From assembly GCA_048940445.1 (NCBI GenBank), contig JBHLON010000012.1:1-64000 (forward strand): 64,000 nucleotides of DNA. The letters are read 5' to 3'. Both the position numbers and the translations under genes were made by a program. Every line of letters begins with the position of its first letter. Positions within the stretch are counted from its first letter, which is position 1. The notes beneath the pieces were generated by a model. The model was given only the letters and a program-made list of their open reading frames with translations. It was not told the origin of the DNA and searched no databases. Of this stretch, positions 32,064 through 41,439 are shown one piece after another. The stretch comes from Promethearchaeota archaeon (GTDB lineage Archaea > Asgardarchaeota > Lokiarchaeia > Sigyniarchaeales > SOKP01).

Positions 32064-32799
32064 GTTTATTATTGCTTCGTTAACCTCATGCAGTGGATGT
32101 ATATCAACATTAATTTCATTGGATATGTTTTCTCAATTTCTAGAAAAAATTGAAATCTCTTTTTTTCCATTTATTTCAGATCAAAATGAATTAATTGACT
32201 CTGATGTCGCATTAATAGAGGGTTGTATTTCAGAAGCTAATCAAATAGAAATATTGAAAAATATTAGAAAACATTCAAAAAAAGTTTATGCTTTAGGCAC
32301 TTGTGCTGCTTTTGGGGGGATTTTAGGGTTATCTAAAAGAAAAGATTCTGATCCAATCTTAAAATTTATAGAAATTGATGGATTTATCCCTGGATGTCCT
32401 CCTCCAACAAACTTATTAGGAAATTCCTTAATGAGACTAATAGAAAATAAAAGTATAATTCTTTCTGAAAAAAATATGTGCGCCTCTTGTCCACGTAAAG
32501 GAGAAATGCATCTTAATTCTCAAATAACAAAGCTTAATCCTTCTAATTCTGAAATAATGTCTAATAAACGAGAATGTTTTTTAAATAATGGGATCTTATG
32601 TTTAGGGCCAATTACTCGAGAAGGATGTGATAATAAATGTATAGAACTGGGATTACCATGCGAAGGATGTTTAGGTCCTCCTTCAAAGCAGTACACATCA
32701 AATCTTATAAATTTCTTGAGTCTGGTTCCTCTTTCTAATAAATTAAAGAAATATCCAGGAATCTTTTATAGATTTTCAAAGCCGACATTAAAAAGGTGA
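32053..32799 (+). CDS. mvhG: [NiFe]-hydrogenase small subunit, MvhG-like; start extended to ATC 32053
   Basis: Upstream in-frame MKLKFIIASLTSCSGC; EG, GTCAAFGG, PGCPP, CASCPR, CFL..G.LCLGPITREGC...C....PCEGC.GP. Confidence 0.85.
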   Translation: MKLKFIIASLTSCSGCISTLISLDMFSQFLEKIEISFFPFISDQNELIDSDVALIEGCISEANQIEILKNIRKHSKKVYALGTCAAFGGILGLSKRKDSDPILKFIEIDGFIPGCPPPTNLLGNSLMRLIENKSIILSEKNMCASCPRKGEMHLNSQITKLNPSNSEIMSNKRECFLNNGILCLGPITREGCDNKCIELGLPCEGCLGPPSKQYTSNLINFLSLVPLSNKLKKYPGIFYRFSKPTLKR

Positions 32800-34103
32800 G
32801 AATAATTCAAAAGGTAATAAATGTATGTTCCAGAGTTGAGGGCCACGGTAAAGTTAGTTATTTCATACAAAATGATAATATTGATCATGTTGAATTTGAA
32901 ATTTCTGCATTTAGAGGATTCGAAAACATTTTGGTAGGTAAGAATTTAAAAGATATACCTAGAATTGTCTCGAGAATTTGTGGTTTGTGTCATGCTTCTC
33001 AAACAATTGCTAGTTGTAAAGCTATTGAAAAAATCTATGATATTCAACCCAGCTCTCAAGCTATTCTACTTAGAAAATTATTAATGACGGGGGAATTAAT
33101 CAAGTCTCATATTATGCATTTTTTCTTTCAATCACTACCTGATCTCTTAGAAATTTTTCAAATCTATAAAAGTGGGAGTAATTCATACAATTTGGTTAAG
33201 TTTGACCCACAATTGAGCAGTAATGTTTTTGACCTAATTAAAACAGGATCTGAATTAAACAATATTTTTGGAGGAAGAATAATCCATTTGATTACTCCTG
33301 TTCCAGGAGGAATTATCTATTATCCTTCAAAAAAGAATATTCTGCTCGCTCAAAAATATTTACAGAAATCCATATCTCATATTCAATACATTATTGATCG
33401 ATTTGTTGAATTATTCGCTTCTAAAATCCCTCCATATGAATTTAATCTAAATAAAACATCGTATTTAGGAATGCTAAATAAAGGAAAATATGATAGGTAT
33501 AATGGAACTCTAAATATATTACCGGTTAATATGAACAAATTAAATTTTGAAGTGAATGATTATAAAAACTATTTTGAAAAAGATTCTAATTTGTTTGGAA
33601 TTAAATTTTTATCAGATATAAAAAGCATTTTAACGGGACCGATTGCAAGATTCTATCTCATAAATAAAGATAATGAAATTAGAAGAAATGCTGTAATAGA
33701 TAACTTTGACACAGAGTGGAAAGAGAACATTTTATTTATGAACATTTTACAACTTGTCGAAGTCTTTAAAGAAGTAAATAATAGTATAGAGATATTAAAT
33801 AAACATAGTTTAGAAAATAAAGATACCCTCCCCTCTCTTAATACTATCATAAATCAGGAAGGTTTTGGGATTGTAGAAGCCCCACGTGGAACCCTTATAC
33901 ATCATTATCATCTAAATAAATCTAAAATAATTGATTGCGTTAAACTTTTTATAGCAACTGAAATAAATTTTCCTCTTTTAAATGAAAAAATTAAAAATTA
34001 TGCTCAAGAGTTATACAAAAAAGAAGACTTAGAATCAGTCAATAGAAAAGTTCAAATTTTGATAAGAGCTTTTGATCCATGTATCTCTTGTGCTACACAT
34101 TAG
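32796..34103 (+). CDS. mvhA: [NiFe]-hydrogenase large subunit, group 3/MvhA-like, with no C-terminal maturation extension
   Basis: RVEGHG, RGFE, SRICGLC..S, GP.AR, EAPRGTLIHHY, RAFDPCISCATH-stop. Confidence 0.9.
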   Translation: MRIIQKVINVCSRVEGHGKVSYFIQNDNIDHVEFEISAFRGFENILVGKNLKDIPRIVSRICGLCHASQTIASCKAIEKIYDIQPSSQAILLRKLLMTGELIKSHIMHFFFQSLPDLLEIFQIYKSGSNSYNLVKFDPQLSSNVFDLIKTGSELNNIFGGRIIHLITPVPGGIIYYPSKKNILLAQKYLQKSISHIQYIIDRFVELFASKIPPYEFNLNKTSYLGMLNKGKYDRYNGTLNILPVNMNKLNFEVNDYKNYFEKDSNLFGIKFLSDIKSILTGPIARFYLINKDNEIRRNAVIDNFDTEWKENILFMNILQLVEVFKEVNNSIEILNKHSLENKDTLPSLNTIINQEGFGIVEAPRGTLIHHYHLNKSKIIDCVKLFIATEINFPLLNEKIKNYAQELYKKEDLESVNRKVQILIRAFDPCISCATH

Positions 34104-34122
34104 AAAATATGGTGTTTAATAA

Positions 34123-35145
34123 ATGGATGATTTCAACCTGAATAAGCCAAAAGATGCTGTAGAGCCCGAACAACTATGTGAAATATTTCTACTCTACTTT
34201 GATGAAGAATATGGACCAATGCCTCTTCTTATCACTCCTGATGAGTCTCTAAAAGATGATGTTGATGTTATGCGTTTAATTAGAATTCATTCCATTTGGT
34301 TTCTTGATATAAGCGATCAAACATCTCCAGATCGTATGGATTTAGAGTATCAAAAAAAAATATATTTTGCAAAGAAATTTTTAGTACCATCCAAAAGAGA
34401 AAAAAGGCGTTCAGGTTCTGAAGGAGAAAGTTTCGAAACTCTTGTTTTAATCTTAGCTTTACCAGTTGATATGGATATCTTTGGAGGAGCACTTCTAAAA
34501 AGAATGGCAGAAAGAATAACAAAGCATTTTTCTTTTAAAATATCTCATCTAATAGATTCTGAAATAGCAAAAATGAAAGCGATAAAAATCCATACCACGA
34601 TACCACTACTTCAGATTGGAGATGCTATTAAAAAGCGAATAAAAGTTTTAATTAAAAACACATGTGTACAGTATTTCGATTCTGTCATTAAGAAAACTGA
34701 TTCTACAACTTTCAAACTTCAGAAAGCTATATCATACTTATCATTAAAGGGAGTTCCAATTAACTATATTGTTAGTGAAAAGGGAAATTTAGGTTTTTCA
34801 AACGTTAAACTGTTTGAATCAAAAGTTTTAGTAAATGATAAATATAAATTTGAAAAAAATTTTAAAATTATAAGCACAGATATAGATTCAGATACTCAAG
34901 AAGTTGAGATTTTAATTAAAAATCTTTCAATTAATGAATTTAGTAATCTCTATGTTAAAGTAATCTCTATTCAAGAATTCTTTGAAAGTGAAGTATTACG
35001 TGAAAAAATAGAAAAATGGCTTCCTGAAGAAGAGTTAATTATAATACTACCTTATGTACTCACAAACTTTGAATACTTCTTTTATATCTTTGATAGTCAC
35101 TCTAATCAGACTTTATTTAAGCAGAAGTTGCAACTACTAAATTAA
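34123..35145 (+). CDS. Longin/uDENN-like N-terminal domain protein with beta-rich C-terminal domain
   Basis: IFLLYFDEEYGP.PLL..P opening motif typical of uDENN/NPRL2/FLCN-type longins; YFAKKF..P and LVLILALP strands. Confidence 0.55.
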   Translation: MDDFNLNKPKDAVEPEQLCEIFLLYFDEEYGPMPLLITPDESLKDDVDVMRLIRIHSIWFLDISDQTSPDRMDLEYQKKIYFAKKFLVPSKREKRRSGSEGESFETLVLILALPVDMDIFGGALLKRMAERITKHFSFKISHLIDSEIAKMKAIKIHTTIPLLQIGDAIKKRIKVLIKNTCVQYFDSVIKKTDSTTFKLQKAISYLSLKGVPINYIVSEKGNLGFSNVKLFESKVLVNDKYKFEKNFKIISTDIDSDTQEVEILIKNLSINEFSNLYVKVISIQEFFESEVLREKIEKWLPEEELIIILPYVLTNFEYFFYIFDSHSNQTLFKQKLQLLN

Positions 35146-35161
35146 ATTATTTAAAAATTGC

Positions 35162-35530
35162 TTAAAATTGAAATTCTCGATTCCTTAATTTTGAGACTAG
35201 ATGCCCCCTACTAAGAAGTTGTATTCCAAATTGATTAGAGTAATCACGAGCAAAATCAGTTGCGATATTACATACCATTATACCCCCTTCAATATCAGGA
35301 ACATCAAGACATGCCTTGTGAAGTTGTCGTAATTGAGTTATAGAAATCTCTCTCTTCCAATCTCGAATGAAAATTCCATACTTCCCATACTTTCCATCAT
35401 CCACTATAGCATTAAAATCCCATAACTTTCCGGACTTTCCCTTTAATTTCTGCGGATTATTATTATATTGAAATTTTTCGGAAAAAACTTTTTTAGCTAA
35501 TTCAGCTAAAGGGGTCTCTCTAAATGACAT
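35162..35530 (-). CDS. Mrr-like restriction endonuclease fold protein
   Basis: GKSG..WDF, DWKR.I...QL, GIMVCN...DFARDY....GIQLL. Confidence 0.6.
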   Translation of the reverse strand: MSFRETPLAELAKKVFSEKFQYNNNPQKLKGKSGKLWDFNAIVDDGKYGKYGIFIRDWKREISITQLRQLHKACLDVPDIEGGIMVCNIATDFARDYSNQFGIQLLSRGHLVSKLRNREFQF

Positions 35531-35718
35531 GAAATCACGAGTTTTTTATTTAAATATATCGATTACGTATTATTTAAATGTTAGTTGTATAATTCCTACT
35601 AATCATCATAAAAATATGTAATATGTACATAATATGACCCCCATTAAAAAAATCGTGTTGAATATGTATTGTTTAACTTACCGACAAAAAAACTTAATAA
35701 ATGTTTATAAAATTCTGT

Positions 35719-36564
35719 TCAAACTATAACATGATTAAATAGTTTATGTAGCGGATATTCACCATAAACATCTAATCCATTCCGCTTTATAAAATTAATT
35801 AGATGTTGTTTTAAAAATAAAATTAAATGATTAGTAATTTTACTACATACATTTTTGCATTTAAAAAAATCGTTTGGGAGAAGAGGACAAGCACTATTAT
35901 ATTCTAAGCAGAACTTTTTCATTTGTAGAGATAAACCATCTGCTAAAAGGACATCAAAGTTGTCCCATTTATCAATAAAACCTGCTAAACTGCTTGGTGC
36001 AATCCTCATTATTGAATTTTTTAATACCATCGTATTATTACAGTTTTTTGGTGAAAAATTTAAACCTAATCGATATTTTATTTTTTTCATTTCAGATTTT
36101 GCTTCTAATAAGCATAAAAAGTTATATTTATCCAGTAGTTTTTCAGCTTCAAGAGTTTTATCGTGATCAATAATCTCCCAACCTGATACTTTTTTACAAT
36201 CAATCAATCCTTTTGAGTTTGGAAAGTCGTAAAATGGATACAACCAACATTGAGGTGGCTTTATACCAGAATGATGAACCTTACATCCATTTAATTTACT
36301 ATCAAATAGAAAACATTTTCCAATTTTATTATCAAACCTTAATTCAAATGTAAATACATTACCTCTATTAAAGTCTTCCTTAGTAGCATACTTTCTGCGT
36401 ATATATTCTTCGGCCAACACTTTAGGGACATCAATTTTGATAGAGCAACAACCACCTCTACAGTTATTAGGATTAGTACAGTCTGGTCCCTTTATAGCAG
36501 ATTTCATTAAACTATTGAACTTTTTAATAATAAACCAAAAGTAATTATTATTTTGATGCACCAA
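35719..36564 (-). CDS. YkgJ-like CxxCxxCC metal-binding protein
   Basis: C....CRGGCC, CFLFD....C.VH...KPPQCWLYPF. Confidence 0.7.
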   Translation of the reverse strand: MVHQNNNYFWFIIKKFNSLMKSAIKGPDCTNPNNCRGGCCSIKIDVPKVLAEEYIRRKYATKEDFNRGNVFTFELRFDNKIGKCFLFDSKLNGCKVHHSGIKPPQCWLYPFYDFPNSKGLIDCKKVSGWEIIDHDKTLEAEKLLDKYNFLCLLEAKSEMKKIKYRLGLNFSPKNCNNTMVLKNSIMRIAPSSLAGFIDKWDNFDVLLADGLSLQMKKFCLEYNSACPLLPNDFFKCKNVCSKITNHLILFLKQHLINFIKRNGLDVYGEYPLHKLFNHVIV

Positions 36565-36624
36565 ATTAATATAATAATCTTAAAAGAATAATATATTTTT
36601 TACTATCTCCATTAATTTACTATT

Positions 36625-37563
36625 ATGCCTAACTTAATTATTGTTGATATAACAGAAACAGAACAAACAAAATTGGATAGTAATGGAAATCTAAAAGAAA
36701 TAAATGGTTATGGAACTTTAACAATAAAAAATCCTTCTAATAAAAGCAAACTCTGGGACTTGAATTGTGATTTGAAAGAAATAGTAAACACAACCATGGA
36801 CTCCAGGGAAATAGCTCTAGATTCATTAAATCCTTCTCAAGAAACTAGTAAAAGTTATCAAATTAAGAATTTGAAAAAACCTTCCTTAGTTGTAACCGAA
36901 TTATTTAATCTATCTAATCAGTATAATAAATATTCCATAAAAATTAAGGTAACCAATGCAATAGACCATCTAATTTCAAATATTAAAATTAGTAGGGAAC
37001 TTCCTGACAAATTCAAAAATATTGAATATGAAACACCAGAGATGGGAAAGATGAAAATAAATACCGTAGATGGTGTTAGTATGTTAGAATGGGATATACT
37101 TGAATTAATCGCTAGGAATTCAACTGAAGTGTTAGTTAAGTTTAATATGGATGAAGTCAAAATAAAAAATTCAATTGGATCATTAAACGTGTCGTATGAT
37201 GTTAATAAGTATCAATTATCTAGGTTGAAGCCAGAAATTCTTAGCAATACTAATATTTCAACGAAAATTCATAAACAGAGCCAAACCGAAGAGATCTGGG
37301 ATTGCAGAATTGAATTTCTAAACGCATCTGAGTTTCAAGTAAAATTAGAGAATGTTAAGGTGATAAACAAAGAAAGTACAGGGAGTAAAGTAATTATTTC
37401 TCAAGCACCTAATAAAGTATTAAATCCTTTACAATCTTGGATACACAATTTTCAAATTAAATCGCTAAAAAATCCAAAATTAAATTCTATTATAGAGTAC
37501 TTTCCATTATTTGTTGTTATAAACCACGTGATTGGAGATATAGAAAAAGAATCAAATGTATAA
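36625..37563 (+). CDS. All-beta hypothetical protein resembling a mu-homology domain (AP mu/delta-COP C-terminal)
   Basis: IIVDITETEQTKLDSNGNLKEINGYGTLTI and ISNIKISRELP...G......LEWDI.EL patterns; the CDS is certain, the fold is tentative. Confidence 0.5.
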   Translation: MPNLIIVDITETEQTKLDSNGNLKEINGYGTLTIKNPSNKSKLWDLNCDLKEIVNTTMDSREIALDSLNPSQETSKSYQIKNLKKPSLVVTELFNLSNQYNKYSIKIKVTNAIDHLISNIKISRELPDKFKNIEYETPEMGKMKINTVDGVSMLEWDILELIARNSTEVLVKFNMDEVKIKNSIGSLNVSYDVNKYQLSRLKPEILSNTNISTKIHKQSQTEEIWDCRIEFLNASEFQVKLENVKVINKESTGSKVIISQAPNKVLNPLQSWIHNFQIKSLKNPKLNSIIEYFPLFVVINHVIGDIEKESNV

Positions 37564-37575
37564 GAGACTAAAACC

Positions 37576-38217
37576 ATGTTTGCTTTGACAATTATCTTTG
37601 AAATATTATTCACAATTAATTTTGTACTATATTGGTCAATAATTTTAAAGGTACAAAACCTAAAAATTAAAAATTACTATAAAAAGGCTTTTCCAATAAT
37701 TTGGGCCTGTTGCGGAGTGCTTATCTTAGTTCCTACATCTAATATTATCCAGTTTATTTTTAATAAGAATTTCAGTTATTTTCAAGACTTATGGACATGG
37801 TTTTTAGTTTTAGGAGTCATATTTATTATAGCTGGTTTTAAGATTATCTCTATGGTAAAAAAACTATATAAAAAGAAAACGATTAACATAAAAGGATCCA
37901 AATTAGTAGAAAAAGGGATATATTCAATAATTAGACATCCTCTCTATTTATCTTGGTTCTTAATATTTATTGGTTTTAGCTTTATTTTTGATTCAACTTT
38001 AACGATTATCTTTTTACCTATTTTCATTATTCTATTAGAAATTCAGACTTTCTTGGAAGAAAAGTTTATTCTTATTCCAATTTTTGGAAAAAAATACCAA
38101 GAATATAAAAAAAAGACGCCCTTTCGCCTTATACCACGGCCATATATTTATATTTTTGTGATACTTGCTGTAATTGTGGTTTATATTGGATTTTATAATT
38201 TCGTTTTAAAAAGTTAA
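37576..38217 (+). CDS. Isoprenylcysteine carboxyl methyltransferase/PEMT family membrane protein
   Basis: LVEKGIYSIIRHPLY, EE..L...FG..Y.EYKK.TP.R.IP. Confidence 0.88.
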   Translation: MFALTIIFEILFTINFVLYWSIILKVQNLKIKNYYKKAFPIIWACCGVLILVPTSNIIQFIFNKNFSYFQDLWTWFLVLGVIFIIAGFKIISMVKKLYKKKTINIKGSKLVEKGIYSIIRHPLYLSWFLIFIGFSFIFDSTLTIIFLPIFIILLEIQTFLEEKFILIPIFGKKYQEYKKKTPFRLIPRPYIYIFVILAVIVVYIGFYNFVLKS

Positions 38218-38331
38218 TTTATTTCCATTTTCAAGGGTTTAGAATTTTGTTTTAATAATTTATAACCCAAATTATAAAATATTTACTTACAGTCTGATTA
38301 ATAATTATTAAATATCGGAGGATCCGAAAAA

Positions 38332-38853
38332 ATGACTCAAAAGATAGCTATTTTAGCAACTGATGGTTTTGAAGATGCTGAACTGTTATATCCAAAAATA
38401 AGGTTGAAGGAAGAAGGAATCAATACAGAATTGATTAGTTTGCATAGAAGGGAAATTATAGGAAAACATGGTTATCCAATAAAACCAGATAAATTGATAA
38501 GAGAAGCACATGCTGATGATTATGATGGGGTGATCATCCCCGGTGGAACAGTCAATCCTGATCATCTTAGACGAGAAAGTGAAGTATTAGAATTTGTAGC
38601 AAAACTGAATCAACAGAAAAAGTTAGTGAGTAGTATTTGTCATGGCGGATGGGTTTTAATTTCTGCAAAAGTTATAAAAGGTCGTAAAGCTACAAGTTAT
38701 TTTGCAATAAAGGATGATATGATAAATGCTGGTGCAAAATTTGAAGATAAGTCAGTTGTAGTCGATGGAAATTTAATAACATCTAGACAACCAGATGATC
38801 TACCGGATTTCATGAAAAAAATTATAGAATTCTTAAAAAAAGTTGCAAATTAA
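38332..38853 (+). CDS. pfpI: PfpI/DJ-1 family protease/deglycase
   Basis: GFEDAE..YP, IPGG, SICHG, VVVDGNLITSR.P.DLP.F. Confidence 0.93.
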   Translation: MTQKIAILATDGFEDAELLYPKIRLKEEGINTELISLHRREIIGKHGYPIKPDKLIREAHADDYDGVIIPGGTVNPDHLRRESEVLEFVAKLNQQKKLVSSICHGGWVLISAKVIKGRKATSYFAIKDDMINAGAKFEDKSVVVDGNLITSRQPDDLPDFMKKIIEFLKKVAN

Positions 38854-38862
38854 ATTTAACTT

Positions 38863-40074
38863 TTACTTAGTCTTAATCTTATTAATTTCAATTTCGATAT
38901 ATTCTTGAAGTTTTTCTATTTCTTTCATTTGCTTTTGAAATAAATCAATTTCCCTATCTAATATTTCTTTTTCTAAATTCTTTTTATCTAATTCGATATT
39001 TTTTGCTACCAAAAGATAAGACTTAATTTTATTTAACGAAAGCTCTATATTTGTTACATTTACTTTAATTCCTTTTTTATATTTCTTAAAAATTTCAATT
39101 AATGTTCTGAAATTCTCAATAAAATTCATCCACTGTTCTAGATTGTGGGTATTTTTCAATATTTTTATTGAATCATCCATATTTTCTAGTAAGGCTAAAA
39201 ATATATTTCTAGGGCGTATTTCCGTAGAGATTTCTTTTAGTTTTGGTTCCAAATTTATATCTTCTATAATATCTTTTGTATAAGTAATTGAAATTTGATT
39301 CAAATCTTTTTTAGATTCACTTTTATTATTGTTAAATTCTTCAATTTCGTCAATATCAGTGATCAATCGCAGTTCATCAACTTCAATCTGGGTAATTAAT
39401 GGGGTAAATCTTACAGATAGATGTTTTTTCCCATAATAATTATTATTTGACCTTAAGATTTGAGTATAGACTTGTATGAAATCCTCACCAATAGGAGCAA
39501 ATAACACACCATAATTTTGATCGAGCTGATCAAGCAATCGATAAATCTTTTCTTGCCTAATAGCTCCTGTTACTAAAATTTTTTTCCAAGGTCCCATCTC
39601 TGGCAAACCCTTCAAAGGGTTCTTTACTAGAATTTTAATTTCATCGCTCAATCCAAGGCGGTCTATATTTTTTTGAGTAATCTTTGCGATTCTAGCATTT
39701 GCTTCTAAAATCACAATTTTTCCTTTTGGTGCTAATTTGTGAGCTAAAGCTGCAATATATCCACTCTTTGCTCCCAAGATCAATAAGTCGTCATTTTCAT
39801 TTAAAATTAAATTTTGTAGCATTATTGTAATCATATGTGGTGCTGATACAGTTCTCAAATTCTCAGGACGTTCCTTCTCATAATAAAAGAGAACAGGAGC
39901 GTCATCATAGATTCTTACAGATGGTAAAATTTCCTTTGGTATGAAATTATCTAACTTCACATCTAAAAACGCTTTGAATAACCGGATGTCTTTTAGATAA
40001 CCATTATATAATAATGACAATAATAATTGTATTTTTGAATAAAAATTATTTGTACTTTCCATAATATCTAACAA
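38863..40074 (-). CDS. Protein-L-isoaspartate O-methyltransferase-like domain plus long C-terminal helical region
   Basis: TVSAPHM, LILGAKSGY.AAL, GP...I.VTGA, L.QL...G.L.APIG, VRFTPL. Confidence 0.75.
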   Translation of the reverse strand: MLDIMESTNNFYSKIQLLLSLLYNGYLKDIRLFKAFLDVKLDNFIPKEILPSVRIYDDAPVLFYYEKERPENLRTVSAPHMITIMLQNLILNENDDLLILGAKSGYIAALAHKLAPKGKIVILEANARIAKITQKNIDRLGLSDEIKILVKNPLKGLPEMGPWKKILVTGAIRQEKIYRLLDQLDQNYGVLFAPIGEDFIQVYTQILRSNNNYYGKKHLSVRFTPLITQIEVDELRLITDIDEIEEFNNNKSESKKDLNQISITYTKDIIEDINLEPKLKEISTEIRPRNIFLALLENMDDSIKILKNTHNLEQWMNFIENFRTLIEIFKKYKKGIKVNVTNIELSLNKIKSYLLVAKNIELDKKNLEKEILDREIDLFQKQMKEIEKLQEYIEIEINKIKTK

Positions 40075-40171
40075 AATTAAGATAACTCTTATTGTTATTA
40101 TATCTTTTTATAATAATATATTTATAAAGTTATTTTACATAACATTTCAAAAAATTCACACACATTAAATT

Positions 40172-40750
40172 ATGTATGTATTATCAGCTGAAGGTTTTAA
40201 AGGAGCAAGAGTCACTTTACTTTTAATCACTGCCAATATTATCTTTTTTATATCGTTTAATCCTGCTTTTGATCAAAATATATTCTATTTATTTGTACAA
40301 AATAATGATAGAATCATCAATCATTTTGAATATTGGCGATTATTTACAGCAATGTTTCTCCACTATGATATTTTACATATTTTTTCCAATATGTTTGCAT
40401 TATTGTTTTTCGGAACTTTTATTGAGTATAATTTTTCCAAATTGGCTTTTATTGGTTTGTATTTTATTTCAGGTTTAATTGGAAATATATTTTCATTAAT
40501 TTTTCTCCCACTAAACATAAATAGCTTAGGAGCATCTGGTTGTATTTTTGGATTAATTGGAGCAGCGTTAGTAATTATAATAAAACAAAAGAATAGAATT
40601 TTATTAATGCTAGCTGGTGCATATGTAGTCTACTTTGTGGTATCATCATTTTTACCTGGAGTAAATTTCTATGCCCATATTTTTGGATTACTTGGAGGTT
40701 TTATTTTTGGATATTTGTTAAAAAGAAAAGAAGAGATAGCAAGATACTAA
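40172..40750 (+). CDS. Rhomboid intramembrane serine protease
   Basis: WRLFTAMFLH...HI.SN, GASG, AH..GL.GG. Confidence 0.93.
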   Translation: MYVLSAEGFKGARVTLLLITANIIFFISFNPAFDQNIFYLFVQNNDRIINHFEYWRLFTAMFLHYDILHIFSNMFALLFFGTFIEYNFSKLAFIGLYFISGLIGNIFSLIFLPLNINSLGASGCIFGLIGAALVIIIKQKNRILLMLAGAYVVYFVVSSFLPGVNFYAHIFGLLGGFIFGYLLKRKEEIARY

Positions 40751-40767
40751 TAGGTTATAAAAAATCA

Positions 40768-41427
40768 TCATTTCCTTTTTTCCTTTTGAATCTGTTCCAT
40801 AGAAAAATCTTTGGGGCAAAATTTATCTAATGGACATATATTACACTTAGGACTAGTAGGTAAACATGTTTCTTGTCCAAATCTTACGAGTAGCCGATTA
40901 ATGCGAATCCAATCCTTTTTTGGAATTAAATCTTTTAACTTATTCTCTGTTTCTTTAGTATTTTTCGATTTGACCCAACCTAGCCTATTACTTATTCTAT
41001 GTACATGAGTGTCAACAGGGATAGCTGGAATTTTGAATGCATAGACTAAAACACAATTAGCAGTTTTAGCACCAACACCTGGAAGGTTTAATAATTCTTT
41101 AAATTTATTTGGGACTTTTCCATTAAATTTTTCTAATAATAATTTGGAAACTTCTTTTATACGAGCCGCTTTAACTTTATAAAATCCAGATTTATAAATA
41201 AGCTGTTCAATGTCTTCAACATCAGCATTAGCAATTTCATTCGGAGTTTGATATTTTTCAAATAACCTTTCTGTCGCTTCTTTAGTGTTGGCATCTCTAG
41301 TTCTTGCAGATAATATAGTTGATATTAATATCTTAAATGGGTCTTGTTTTTTATTCGCTAATTCATCTAAATGAGCTTCTCCTTTAAGAGTGTTTTCTAT
41401 TTCGTCCAACATCTGTACAATATCCAT
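40768..41427 (-). CDS. nth: Endonuclease III
   Basis: LSARTRD, LPGVGAKTAN, VDTHVHRI.NR, C.P..PKC..CPL...C. Confidence 0.95.
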   Translation of the reverse strand: MDIVQMLDEIENTLKGEAHLDELANKKQDPFKILISTILSARTRDANTKEATERLFEKYQTPNEIANADVEDIEQLIYKSGFYKVKAARIKEVSKLLLEKFNGKVPNKFKELLNLPGVGAKTANCVLVYAFKIPAIPVDTHVHRISNRLGWVKSKNTKETENKLKDLIPKKDWIRINRLLVRFGQETCLPTSPKCNICPLDKFCPKDFSMEQIQKEKRK

Positions 41428-41439
41428 ACAAATCTCTTA

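Noticed and set aside
29517-34103. Selenocysteine recoding in hdrA/mvhD/mvhA
   Set aside because: No in-frame TGA; the positions that can be Sec in relatives are Cys codons and the ORFs are uninterrupted.
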